Part shown: positions 24,901 to 37,161 of the stretch, piece after piece
Position numbering within the stretch: the stretch's first letter is position 1
Layout: each line of letters starts with the position of its first letter
Assembly: GCA_013265495.1 (NCBI GenBank)
Contig: MU057809.1
Location: forward strand, 498,001 to 558,000
DNA length: 60,000 nt
Reading direction: 5' to 3'
Source: Vicugna vicugna
Taxonomy: Eukaryota
The notes under the pieces: model-generated
Seen by the model: the letters and a program-made list of their open reading frames with translations, nothing else
Told to the model about the DNA's origin: nothing
Database searches by the model: none
Program-made: the position numbers and the translations under genes

Positions 24901-26129
24901 GCTTGGAGGACTCGGTCTCCAGCCGCCCAACCCGCAGCACGGGTGCCTGGTCCTGCACTCTGTTTTAATCAGGGGTGGGGATGCACCGATGTGGAGCTGT
25001 CATGAAGGAGGAAGATTCTGTGTGTTCACAGTGCCCCAGAAACAGGACCACACGAGGGAGCTCCAGGGTCGGGCAGGAGGCCGTCCCCGCTCATCTGGAA
25101 CCTGCCCAGAGATGAGGGTGGTGGACAGTGGCCTGGGGTGTGGGAGCCCCTGGAGGAGGGGGGTGGGGTGGGCTCTGCACTGGCTACGTGCTTGCTTTCC
25201 TGTCTCTAGGACTTGGCTAGCCCTGGGGAGGCTGTGACCCCAGGCTCAGCAGGCCCCAGACATCAGAGCATCAAACATACAGAAAATAAGAAAACAGCAA
25301 ACACAATGGAATCAAAGGGATGCCGGCTACCGACTCCTCCAACAGGCCAGGTGGGGAGGCTTCCCCAGGCGCAGACACGGAGGCCCTAGGACAAAGCCAC
25401 TTGCTCGAGGTCACGCAGGGAACTGGGCAGGGCCAGGTGAAGACCAGCGTAGGGTGACCTCAGCCTCCTGGGGCTGGGGCTGGGGCTGGGGCTTTGGGCT
25501 GTGGGGAGAGAGGAGGGTGCTGGCCAGTGGGTGGGATGTGGGTGGACGCAGGCCGTGCTGGTCCGTGTCAGGGCTCCACGAGGCTGCATCTGTGGCACAG
25601 AAGTGCAAAGCCAGTGTTCTCTGGGTGGACTTGGACAAGGCCCCGCCCCTCAGGCCTGTCTCCCTATCTGGACTGCGACGGGTGCCGTGGTAGGTCACTA
25701 AGACGGTGATGCTTCGTTACACAGGGGCCGAGATGTGCCCTAGCTGATCCCCGCATGTCCTGTTTGGTGATCAAAGCCTAAAACCGACAAACAGGGGGGC
25801 TGGTGGGTAGCATGCAGACAGAATCCTGTGTGGAATATTACTCAGCTGGTAAAAGGGATGGGGTGCTCAGCTCCCCTACGGTGGGACGGCCTGGGCAGGA
25901 GGGTCAAGCCAGCAGGACACAGGACGCTGTCACTAAGGAGAAAGGGGGAGGTGGACTCGTCCTCGCACAGGACAGGGTGCCTCCGGGTGCACAAGAGACA
26001 GCCAGCAGCTACACCCCGGACCTCGCAGCCCGGGACCTGCGGGGGGAAGCCAACTGACTTTTCAGCCCATCCTCTTGTGCTGCCTGAGATTGTTTTTTCA
26101 CCATGTACCTGTGTTATTTTCTTTTTAAA

Positions 26130-27053
26130 GAAGTTTCCAGCACTTGTAGGTACATCCCCAAGAAAAGCGAAAACATTGGCCCACGCAAAAATCTGTCCAG
26201 GGGTGTTCACAGCAGTGTGACTCAGGATAGCCAGAAAGTGGAAACAACCCAAACGCCCATCACAGGGTGAGCGGATGAACAGATGTAGTCCCTTCACACT
26301 ATGGGATACAACGCAGCCGTAGACAGGGAGGACGCACTGAGACCCACACGATGCAGGTGAACCTCGAGAAGCCAGACACAGAAGGACACGCATCTCTCTT
26401 GTAAGAAATGTCCAGAATAGGCAAGTCTACAGACCCAGAGAGCGCCGGGGGCTGGGAGGGTGTGGGGAGTGACCGCTAACAGACACCGGGCTTGTTCTGG
26501 GGGGGATGACAGTGTTCTGGAGTTCGGAGGTGGTGATGGTGGCTCGGCTCTGCGAATGCACCGAAGACACTGACCTGCACCTTCAGAAGGAGAGCTGTCC
26601 CGTATGGTGTACGTGTTTCCCAGGCTGCTGTGACAAAGCCTCACAGACTAGGTGAAACGGCAGAAAAGCAGAGCCTCCTGGTCCTGGAGGCCGGAAGTCG
26701 GAGCTCAAGGTGTCAGCAGGGCCGGCCTCCCTCCAACACCCCAGGGGCGGATCCTGAGTTCCCAGGCCAGCTCCCGGGGCGCTGGCCATCCTTGGGGCCC
26801 CCCACCTGGTGGCCACAGGGCTTCGGACTCTGCCTCTGTTTCCCGTGGCTTCTCCTCCTCTTGTGAGGACACCAGCCACCTGGATCAGGGCCCATGGAAA
26901 GAGCTCACCTTGGGTGGGTTACCTCTGCAAAGAGCTCATGGCCAGGTCCGGTCAGTTCCAGGCACTGGAGGTTAGGGCTTCAGCACATCTTCAGGGGGCG
27001 GGGGGCCTAGTTCACCCCACAGCATATGTGGATTTTATCTCAATAAAGCTGTG
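26130..27053 (+). mobile_element. L1M 3' fragment split by a nested MLT1 LTR
   Basis: gtggaaacaacccaaacgcccatc...gtccagaataggcaagtctacagac...gttctggag; the L1 tail resumes as tatgtggattttatctcaataaagctgt after the LTR. Confidence 0.7.
26608..27024 (-). mobile_element. MaLR solo LTR (MLT1A/B-like) nested in L1
   Basis: TG...CA termini; gtttcccaggctgctgtgacaaag...ctggaggccggaagtc...gaggacaccagcca...ctctgcaaagagc. Confidence 0.75.
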
Positions 27054-27787
27054 ATGTCTTCTGGAAAGTTTTAAGCCATGAAATATAAAAAGGGAGAGAA
27101 GAAATCTATGCATGGCAGGGCCGCTGAGCCTGAATGGGTCTGGGGTCACCTCACAAGCAGACATGACACTCTCTGGGGGAGGCCCCGCCACCCCTGGCTC
27201 CGCAATCATCACTGGAATGACGTTCCCGAGAACACCAGCAGCGATCTCCACAGCCCTGGCGCCTGCGTCCCCATCCCTGTCCCCGTCCCTCCCTGAATCG
27301 CCAGGCCTCTCTCTGAGGCCGCCCTGCCCTGGCGCTGCGTGTGGGCCCCTCCCGGCCCCTCCCTCCCCTCCCCCACCCGGCAGGCCTGTCAGGCGCCCAC
27401 GTCCCCAACTTTCACAGTAACAGCCTGTCACACGCACCACCTCTTTGCACCCGAGACGCTCTCTCGTCTGTGTAAACTGCGACTGAAGCCGCGGCGTGCG
27501 GTATTAATATCTTTTGTTTGTGTGTCAGGGTTCTGCGGAATCTAATTACGGCGTGTTCTCTGCGTATCCGGGGTGTTCGAACAATCCCGCGGAGCAGACA
27601 ATGCAAACTGTTGACCTGCAAGGTAAACTGCTCGTGGGGGACTTGGGGGCGGCGGGCGGCGGGCGCGGCTGCTCTTTTCTGCGGGGGCGCCCGCCTCGCG
27701 GCCTGCGGGGGCCCCGGGTTGGGGGCGGCAGGGGCATCTTCACGGGGGGGGGTGTTTATCACAGCAGCGGTTCTCAGTGTGTACTTC

Positions 27788-27850
27788 TGTGTATACACAC
27801 ATGTGCACACACGTGTACATGTGCACACACGTGTACATGCGCACACGCAC
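27788..27850. repeat. Alternating purine-pyrimidine tract with an 18-bp tandem unit
   Basis: acatgtgcacacacgtgt x2 within 63 bp of uninterrupted RY alternation. Confidence 0.85.
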
Positions 27851-28649
27851 TCGGGAGCTAGGCCTCCCACTCCGAGCGACTCCTGTCTCCATGGGCCTCT
27901 CCCTGCTGGGTCTGCGTCTCCCTCAATAGCTCTGCACTCTGTCAGGTGGGCATAAGGTCCTGCATGCCAGATGGGGAAGTCCAGGCCTGTGAGGACACAT
28001 GTGGCCCAGCAGGAGCCCAGGCTGACTCTGGGCCGCCCCCAGTACCAGGTAAACCCACGTCTGGGAGGACTGGACCTGGGCTCGGCCCCCATCAGGTAGG
28101 GACACACAGTCCGTCCTCCAGGGTGGGCCCAGGTGAAAACCATCATCCCTCCTGGACAGACAGGGAGACTGAGGCCCAGAGAGATCAAGGGCTTGTGCAA
28201 GACACACAGCGGGCTGGTGGCAGGGCTGGGCTCCCCCTGGCCCTGCAGCCCCCGTCCTGGAGGCTAAAAATCAGCGTCCTTCAGGTTGAGGGCAGCTTTG
28301 GGATCCCCGGACTGGGGTCCTGGCCCAACAGACGGGTGAGCCTGGCAAGCACACGCCAACTCCGACTTCAGTCACTCCCCTGGGAGGCAGAGTTGATGTG
28401 TACCCGACAGCAGCGAGCCCTGCCCGTCAGCCCGGCCCGGAGCCAGCGCCCGGGGGGCTGCAGAGGTTCCTCCAGGTTGGGGGGACCTGCTCTGGGCTTC
28501 CGTCTCCCCCTCTGTGGGTTGGAGAGGGGACCCCGGACTTCGAGTGTCCCGAATAGAGAAAAACAGGCCAGGTCTGCAGCAGGCCAGGTGAGGAAAGGCT
28601 CCAGGATGCCGGGCTGCAGGTGGAGGAGGCCTGCGAGGCGGGGGTCACG

Positions 28650-29330
28650 GGAGGACAAGGGCCTGCAAACTGCCTGAACCGGGGATTCCACGTGGAGGAG
28701 GTGTTCCAGTAAGCGAACCAGTGGGACCGTGCGCTGCGCAGGTCTGCGCCCGTTGTGCGCATGTGTGTAATAAATGCGCAGGCAGGCGGCCCACGTGTGC
28801 ATGCAGTCGGGTGCACACGGAATCAGTGCACAGCGCGTCTGCCTGTGCGCGCCTTGGGAAACGCCGCAGCGCCATCTGCCGGCACGGACGGCGCGGGGCG
28901 GGGCGCGAGGCGGCGAGGCCCCGCCCATCGGGTGAGGCCCCGCCCACCTCCAGGCCCCGCTCGCCTCCCGAGGCCCTGCCCCTCCGTCTGGAACCCGGAC
29001 CCTCTGGTGCCTCCGCGAGGCCGGCATCCCGTCTGGGTTTTAGAGGTCCGGACTGAAGTGGGGACAACTGCAAGGATTAACTGCGCACCGGGAGCACAGT
29101 AAGCGAGCTGCCCTCCAGTGGCCCCATTTTACAGATGCGGAAAACCTCACCTGCCAAGGTCCCACGGAGACAACGAGGCCAAGCGGGCTTTAAGGCTGGC
29201 AGCCCGGGGGCAGAGTGCAGTCATCCAGGACCGGTGAACCGAGGTGTATTCGTTGGCTATTAATTAATAGTTCTTCGCGAGCATGAACCCATAGCCCCGA
29301 CGCCGCTTCGCGCGAGTCAGGTGCAGAGAC
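28650..29330. promoter_or_regulatory. Orphan CpG-island-like element with GC boxes
   Basis: Dense CpG and CGCG; GGGGCGGGGC at 28895-28904, GCCCCGCCCA twice just downstream, TGCGCA motifs. Confidence 0.5.
28866..28885 (-). promoter_or_regulatory. Candidate CTCF site
   Basis: Minus strand GTGCCGGCAGATGGCGCTGC fits the CTCF core. Confidence 0.6.
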
Positions 29331-31019
29331 CTGCCTGTATCTGCCAGTGACGGGGCCGAAGTCAGCGCCCCCTTTCTGACTGTCGCCAGTACCTGACGTG
29401 GGCGGGATTAGGGGTGGGGGCCGGGAGCGTCAGGGTTTCAGTAGGGCTGGACTCCCCTGGAGGCCTTGATTTCCCCAGCTGTGCCGTGTGGGGGAAGTGG
29501 GCTAGAATAGATGTTTTCTCAGGTTCTGCCCCTGCTGGCCCCCGCACCCCCACCCCCGGACTGTGCAGGATACAAGGAGTCCCTGAAGGACTGAGCTGGT
29601 GCAGACTGGGGATTCCGGGCCTATCGCCCTGCCCGGCCCCCTTGACTGTCTGAGCCCCTCTCTGCCACTGCCTGAGGCGCCCACCCCCACCATCCCGCTC
29701 TGGGGGGCACATCTTGGAGGGTAAGGGGCTGCCAGGGGCAGATGGTGTCCACCCCGGTGCCAGCCCAGCGGGAATCGTGGGGGTGCAGGGGGGAGCCTAT
29801 GCTGTGGAAAGCCTGTGCCAAGTGCACAGCAGGCTGCACCTGGGGGGGGGAGGGCACGCTGCGGGGACCCTGCAGTGGGGGTGGGGAGGGGCAGCAGCCG
29901 GCCTGGCTCAGCAGTGTCCCTGACAAGCCTCACCTTGGGCACGTCCCTCCGCCCAGCCCTCAGGCTCCTGCTGTCCCAACTCCTGCCTACCGGCTCCCGT
30001 GTCCATCTGGGGCCCAGTCACACACAGCTCCATTCACACCCCAGCTGTGCCACTGACTGGCTGTGTGGCACCGGGCAAGTTGCTTCACTTCTCCGAGCAT
30101 AATAGCCTCATCTGGAAAATGGGCTCACACCCTGGGCTGCCTCTGGTCCAGGCATGGAGCCAGAACCAGAGCCTGGAACAGAGGAGGGCAGACCTGCCCC
30201 AGGCCAGACCACAGCAGGTCTCGGCAGCCCCATTGTGTACTGGCGCAGTGTTGGACACGTGACACTGCTGTTTCACTCCGTCCTCCCAACCGGCCCGAGA
30301 GCCGGGCCAGAATGCCTTCTTCGGCCCCATTTTACAGACAGGAAAATGGAGGCTCAGGCAGTGTGACTTTCCCAAGGAAGCAGGGCTCGAAGTGGATCAC
30401 TGCACCCCATCCTCAGGCCCAGGGATGCCCCAGTCTCTTGTCTGGCCTGGCTCGGGCTGGGATCCCTGGAGGAAGGATGTCCACACGGTTCACAGATGCT
30501 GGGAATTTGGCCCCTCCTCTGAGAGAGTGGCACCACTGAGCCCTGCAACCCATTTTACGGATGGGCAGCCCAAGGCTGAGGCAGAGCTGGGGGCAGAGCC
30601 TGAAGCATGCGTGCCTCTGACTACCACAGCAGGCTGGGCACACGTGGGCGGGACAGCCACCTGGACCCACTACTACCCAGCACGGCACATGCGGCCCCTT
30701 TTACTCCACCACAGTCACAGGTCAGGGACCTGCTCTCCCCCATCCTTGGGTGGGGAGGGGGCGTCAGACCCCGCACAGTTCAACTTCAGCCTGCTCAGGG
30801 CCAGAGGGCCTGAGACCGAGGGGCTCGGAACTGACGTCCCTCCAGGCTGAGCCCCTACACCCACACGTGCACACACATACGCACACAGGTGCGCCCAGTC
30901 TCACACCTGCCCACCCGCCCACCACAGGTGTGTCTGCTAGGCTGAGCTAAGTCAGCTACCTGCTTCTGTGTGTTCAGATACTGGGCAGCCAAGATAGCTC
31001 TACAAATGTCTACTGCCGT

Positions 31020-31165
31020 TGTTGGATGGATGCAAGGATAGATGGGGAGGAGGGACAGACCGATGGACAGATGGTGGGTGGATGGTTATGGATGGTGGGT
31101 GGATAGGTGGATGGGGGATGGACAGGTGGTGGGTGGATGGTGGGTGGTGAGGGGATGGGTGGACG
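31020..31165. repeat. Degenerate (GGAT/GGGT)n simple repeat
   Basis: tggatggatg...ggtgggtggatgg runs. Confidence 0.85.
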
Positions 31166-33379
31166 AGTAGAGAAACTGAAACTAAGACCAAGTGCTCTGC
31201 TCACACCCATTGTTTCCTAGTGGAGACAGGTTACTCTAAGGCCTGCTGTGAGCCCATTTTACAGATGAGGAAACAGAGGCAGAAGGTAGGCAGTGACTGG
31301 TGCAGGGTCACACAGCGAGCTCAGTGAAGCCCAGGACCCAGTCCTCAAGGAGGACCCTGCCTGGTCTGGGTGGCCCGGGTGGTGTCAGCAGCACAGCCAC
31401 ATCTGGAAAATGGGCTCACACCCTGGAGACCCTCAGAGACCCAGATGGGGCACCCGCCCCTGCACCTCCTGCAGTCCTGTCCAGGGGGTCCGTCTCCTCC
31501 CTGAGGCCTGCACATTAGGCCTCAGTGGCCTGGGGACCGCCTGCCCCAGCCAGCTCTCTGGAGCCCCCTCACCACCCCAGCCTGACCCGAAGGGCTGAGA
31601 AGCGGGTGTGGTGGGATGAAGGCCAGGAATTCTGCCCGTCCAAGGGGCTGACAGCACATTGTTACATGAGTTTGTAATTAAACACTTGTGCATCATCAGA
31701 CACCCCAGCACGGTGTCTGATGAATTAATTACGAGGACACCAGACCCCCCACTTTTGGTCCTCCCACTGGGTGTGGAGTGGTGGCCCTGAGCCTGCATGT
31801 GGGAGACACATTCCAGGGAGCTGGGGTGTCCCCAGGCCCCTCTCCTGCCCCCGGCTCTTTCAGCAGCCCACACAAGCACCCAGGCCAGAAATGGGGTCCT
31901 CCTGGCCCCACTCCCCAACTGTTCCAGACTCAGTTGCATGAGTTCCAAACCTGACCTACCCACCTGCTCCTCCCCTCACTGTCCTCTGGCTGCCCCATCT
32001 CCCTCCCGTTCCCCTTCTGCACCCGAGTCCCATCCATCCCTGCCTGAAGTGCCCAGATGTGGCCACCACCCCCACCACTGGCCTCCTGCTGCCCCTCCCC
32101 CACCTCCCCGGGAAGCCAGACTTATAGTCTCAAAGCCTAGATCTGAATGGGGATCTTCCTCCCGGAACCCAGACGCCATCCAACCACGAGAAACCCTCTG
32201 ACCAACCCGCATGGAGAGGTGCTCTGCAAAATACCTGACCAGCGCTCCTCGACACCGCCCAGGTCACCAAAGCAAGGACATTCAGAAAGCAAAGGAGGCC
32301 AAGGAGACACGGGACGAAATGTCACGTGGGATCCTGGATGGGGGGAGGGGAAGTGAGGGCGTCTGAGTGACGTGCGGGATAACTGCCCGGCCGGAGCCGC
32401 GCTGGTGTCTCAGCGGGGACACCCAGTGAGAGGCGGAAGGTGTTGACCTAGGGGAACAGCGTGTGCAGGAGCCCTGCGCGCTGTCGCTGCTGCGTCTCCG
32501 TAAATCTAAACTACGGTAAAACAAAGACTGAGACGAGAGAGGGCGAGACGAGGGACCGATCCAAGCAGAGTGAAACGTCCCATCTAGTCATCTGACCCTG
32601 GTGGCAGCTCAGTGGGTGTCTGTTACGTTGTTTTCTGTGTGTTTGGAATGTCTCATAATTGAACGTTTCAGACAAAAACAAACCCAGGTCTAATATGTCA
32701 CCCCAGCCTGACACCCTCAAAGGCTCCCTGGGGCCCTTAGGATTAAGTCCAAAATTCTTAACCCCGCCCCTAAGATGGACTGGGACCCCCCTGCCCGCTG
32801 TTCTGCCCCTGACGTCATGGCAGAGCCCAGCCAATCCCTAGGGCTCTGCCCTCCGACATCACACAGGGCCTGGCCAATCCCAGCGTCCGGCCCCCTAACG
32901 TCACACGGGGCCTGGTGCCTTCCCTTCTGCCCCGTTTGGGCCCTGGACCAGGCTCCCAGTCTGCAACTCTGGCAGCTTCAGCCTCGGCAGGGCAGGGTCA
33001 CAGGTCCCAGCCCCCTCGTGGGGGTCACCTCGCTGGACGTCACTGGTTGTGGCTCAGGAAGGTCTCCCCACCCCCAGGCTGGAGGCTGGCGGCCACCTGG
33101 GGAGAATGGCAGGCAGGTGTCATTCTCCCATTTCACAGATGGGGAAGGCCAGGCTGCACAGTAAATAGATGGGCGGGCTAGAGTCCAGAGTCTGTCTCCT
33201 GGGCCAGCCTTCTCCATCTCGCTGCCCTCCCAGCCCGGTTTCCACCTGTGAAACAGCACAGGGGCCATGAGTCCAGACCGCTGCCCAGCCCGGGTGGGAG
33301 AAACTGTCAGGACCTTGGGAGCTGGGCCCTGGCAGCTCCCCATCCTCGGGTGAAGGACACCAGAGTGATCACTCAGTTC

Positions 33380-33700
33380 ATCGACTGATGAATTCAGCAA
33401 CATTGTGCCGACCGCCTCCTACATGCCAAGCCCTGGGGATACAGCAGTAACATGTGAGCTGGCAGGTCAAGCCCCCCCTCGTGGGGCTTCTCTTCCGTGC
33501 GGGAGGCTGATACTAAACACACAAGCATGGCGTGTTCTGGCTGGAGGAGGCTGTGTGTGGAGGATGGGAGGAGGGAGAGGCCCCCCTGAAAACCTAGACC
33601 TCAGGGAGGTGAGGGAGCCAAGCAACTATTCCAGGAAAGATTCCAGGCAAGCAATAGCAGGTGCAAAGGCCCTGCAGCAGGAGCTCTCCTGCCCTGTTTG
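33380..33700. mobile_element. L2 fragment
   Basis: attcagcaacatt...ctacatgccaag...tggggatacagcagt...ttccaggcaag..atagcaggtgcaaaggccctg; similar L2 pieces at ~1965, 11690, 20620 and 41090. Confidence 0.6.
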
Positions 33701-33973
33701 TCCTGGGCACCAGGTACGCCAAGTTGTCACCTTCAGTGGTTCTTCTGTTTTGGGCATTGTCCCCCCCCACCCCCCCACAGGACTGGCAGGGAAATGGGGG
33801 TCAGCGAGAGGGACAGGCCGACCAGCCAACAGTCTTCAGTCTAAGCAGCCCAACCCCCATTGCACCAAAGGGAAACTGAGGCGCCAGACCCGGCGCAGAC
33901 CCCTCAGGAGCTCTGAGCAAGCGCTCGGGTCCTGCCTCCCTGGCCAGGTGCGTGCAGGTAGGTAGGTAGGTGA

Positions 33974-34015
33974 GTGTGTGTGTGTGTGTGGTTGTGTGTG
34001 TATGCACGTGTGTGT
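33974..34015. repeat. Interrupted (GT)n microsatellite
   Basis: gtgtgtgtgtgtgtgtggttgtgtgtg. Confidence 0.85.
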
Positions 34016-34299
34016 GGCTTACCTGTGGGCGGCTGTCCCTGGGCACAGCAGCATGTCTCGGTGGAGGAACTTGGCCAGAGTACCAGTCAGGGCCTAACGC
34101 CCTGTGTGGCCAGCTGGGCCCACCAACCGGGCTTCAAGAAAGGGAACCGAGGCCCGGAGTGGCCTGCCCCTCCTAAGGTGCTCCAGCGCAGCTGGGTCAG
34201 ACAGTCCCCCATCTCCCTGCCCTGTCTCCCCAGCTTCGCGACAAACAGAAGCCTGGCCCGGGGGCTGCCTCCCACCCTGGGCTCGCCCTGCCACAGCCC

Positions 34300-34890
34300 C
34301 CAAGGAACAATTTACCTTTCAGAGCCGGTCCAAGATATTAATTAAGATAAATCTACCTCAATTTTGAGATTCTCTTATCATGTAATTTATCAAAATTATG
34401 TTAATTATTTCTGTAGGGCAGCAAAATTATTACCTCTTTTGTGTCTGATTTGTATTAATATTCATAATTTAATAATTCAGCGTCCTGGCCATCTGGTCTG
34501 GGAGCAGGCTCCCTTCCCTCCCTGGTCCCAGCCAAAGCATCCCCACCGCGACGTGGGTGCCCCTGGGGCCCGGCCCGTCCGACCCCCACGCCTGCCTGCA
34601 TCCAGCCCAGTGGCCGCTGCCCCCGCCCCTGCCCGCCCACTCCGGGGGCCCCAGGAGGCCTGAGGCCCCTGCAGGTCGGAGCCCAGGTACGTGCACACGC
34701 CGCCACCCCCGCTTGGCAGGTGAGCCAAGCTGAATTGACATTTTCCACACTTTGTGAGTTTTACACTGTAATTTGACATAATTAATGCCTACATTACTGC
34801 TGATAATTTAGCTAGTTAATTAAACTCGGAGGAGATAATTAAGGAAAGGCTACTGCTTGGATTGCTAATTGTTTTTGTCATTATTTCAGG
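34300..34890. promoter_or_regulatory. Candidate conserved non-coding enhancer (two AT-rich blocks)
   Basis: Blocks at ~34300-34480 and ~34730-34890 dense in TAATTA and TTAATT. Confidence 0.6.
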
Positions 34891-36763
34891 GGCCGACAGC
34901 TGCCGGCTGAGTCATCCTGTTTTGTCAGCTGACGGGTCATGTGACGGGGGTCCCCTGGGGGGCCCCCACTTCCAGGGGAGGGAGGCACACAGCCAGCCAG
35001 CCGGCTACCTGGCTGCTGCCTGGAGCCCCGCCAGGCGCTGCTGGCTGGTCCTCCCCTTCCTGCCCGAGGTAACAGCCACCGCCCACACCGACACGGAGCC
35101 CCTGCCTGAGAGCTGGGCCCGGGGTCACTCGGAGGCCAGTGGAGCAAACCAGAGGGGGGCCCCCTCTGAGCCCCGCATCGAAGCCCAAGCGGGGAAGCGG
35201 CCCTGGAGCTCCCCTCCTGCAGTGGGCAGATGGGAGGTAGGACTTCCTGGCCGGCGGGGGCGCAGCACGGGTCACCCCACATGGCAGAGAGCTACGGGAG
35301 ACTGCGGGCAGGAGCGGGAGAGGACGGGTGGGTCTGTGCTCGAGACCCTCGCCATCGAGGCGCGGATAGCTTGAGAAGGGCTCCGCCTAGCACCCCCGTT
35401 AGCCTGCCCTCCCGAGGCCCCTGCAGCCGGCCCCCTGGGGGCAGGCAGACCCGATGCCAGGGGGAAGGGGAGCAGGTGAGCCCCTCCCCCCACCGCCCGC
35501 CCCGCGGGCCACACCCCGTGGGACCAGCCGACTGACAGCACCTTCCTCTTACAGAGCCGCCTGCACAGAGCACAGCACGGGATGTGTCACTGTCACTGGT
35601 GTCCCCACTCTCCTGACGTGGAAGCCAGAGCCCTGCTCGAGGCCACACGGCAGACCCGATGCAGGCCTCACAGGAGGATGGGCGCCCAGCCCAGGGCCAC
35701 GCCGTCGCGGTTGGGACAGCAACTCTGCTCCCGCGCAGGCCCTGAGGGAGGGCGTGATTACCAGGTCAGGGCCAGGTCCTCACCGCCATGGGCTCGCAGT
35801 CTGGTCGGGCACACACAGGCAAAGGGAAGGGCCTGCACTGCGTCGCCGGGCACCCATTAGGGAGCTCTACTTGGCGATCAGAACACGCAAGTCAGGGGCT
35901 CCAACCATCCTGCCTTATTATCCCTCAGAATAAGAAGTCTACACGTAAGAAGGTTCTAGCTTGGCTAATTCAGGGCTCAGTGACAGCCACAGGACGTCAA
36001 CAAAGACCCGGGAGCCTTCCCTGTTTCTGCCCTGCCAGTCTCTGCTTGGTGGCCATACTTTGCCTCATGGTCCCAAGCTGGCTGCTGTGGCACCGTGAGT
36101 CCCAAGTCCCACCACGGCACCCCACATCCCAGGTGGCATCCAGGAAAGATGGGGGTGGGGTCTCACGGTCACACTGCTGTCTTAGTTGGAGGTCTGCAGG
36201 GAAACATGGGGAGCCGAGCTTTTCTCCTACTTCATTTCTGCCATTGGCGAGAGCCTCAGCTCAGACCATGAGAACTGGCTTTCTAGCCACAAGCTCCTTG
36301 GTGGAGCGCTTCGTCTGTTTAGGTCTGGCCTTAGGCAAAAGTGCTCTTTTAGCAAATGTGAAAGCTTCCCCCAGCTTTCAGGCTGGCTGCCTTCCACTCA
36401 TACTCACCCCTCTCGCTCATTAAGATTTACCAAAAGCCGCAAGAAGCAGTCGGTTAATACTGATATTCTGAATATCTCCCTACGATTTTCCCAGCCTTGA
36501 TGAATTTGTGGTCTGGGAGCCACGGCCCCATAGGTCACAGCAGTGTCTGATTTTATGTGAGTTCATCCTAATGACCACCAGCCTCCCGCCCGGGGCACAG
36601 GGCCTCACTGCCCAGTGCCCCGCCCTCCCTCGGGCAAGTCCGCACTGGAGGGCCTGTTAGTGGTCGTGCCCCTACTCCCGGACATAAATTCTATGTCGTC
36701 AACAATATGAGAAAACCTGAGTAAAAGTGTAAACTAATAGGGAATTATTGCCCCATATGTAAC

Positions 36764-37161
36764 GTGTTGGGTGTTGCCCTCCAAACCCTCACACCCACCC
36801 AGAACCTCAACGTGGGGCCTTATTTGGAAACGGGGTCATTAGGGTGGGTCCTAATCCAATGTGACAGGTGTCCTTCTCAAAAGGAAGCATCTGGACACAG
36901 ACACAGACCCGCAGCAGGGAGACGGCCGTGGGAGGAGGTGGCAGGGATGCAGCTGTGAGCCAAGGAACGCGAGGAGCGCGGGCGGCCACCGGAAGCCGGG
37001 AGAGGCCTGGACAGACTCTCCCCGCAGCCTTGGACGGAGCCAACCCCACCGACACCTTGACTTTACACTTCTAGCCTTCAGAACAGTGAGAAAGTTAATT
37101 TCTGTGTTTTTAAGCTACCAAGTTTGTGGCATGCTGTTCCAGCAACCCTAGGAAATACACA
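36764..37161 (+). mobile_element. MaLR solo LTR (MLT1A/B-like)
   Basis: ccagaacctca..gtg..cttatttggaaa...ctaatccaatgtgacaggtgtcctt...ttctagccttcagaacagtgag...ctaggaaatacac. Confidence 0.8.
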
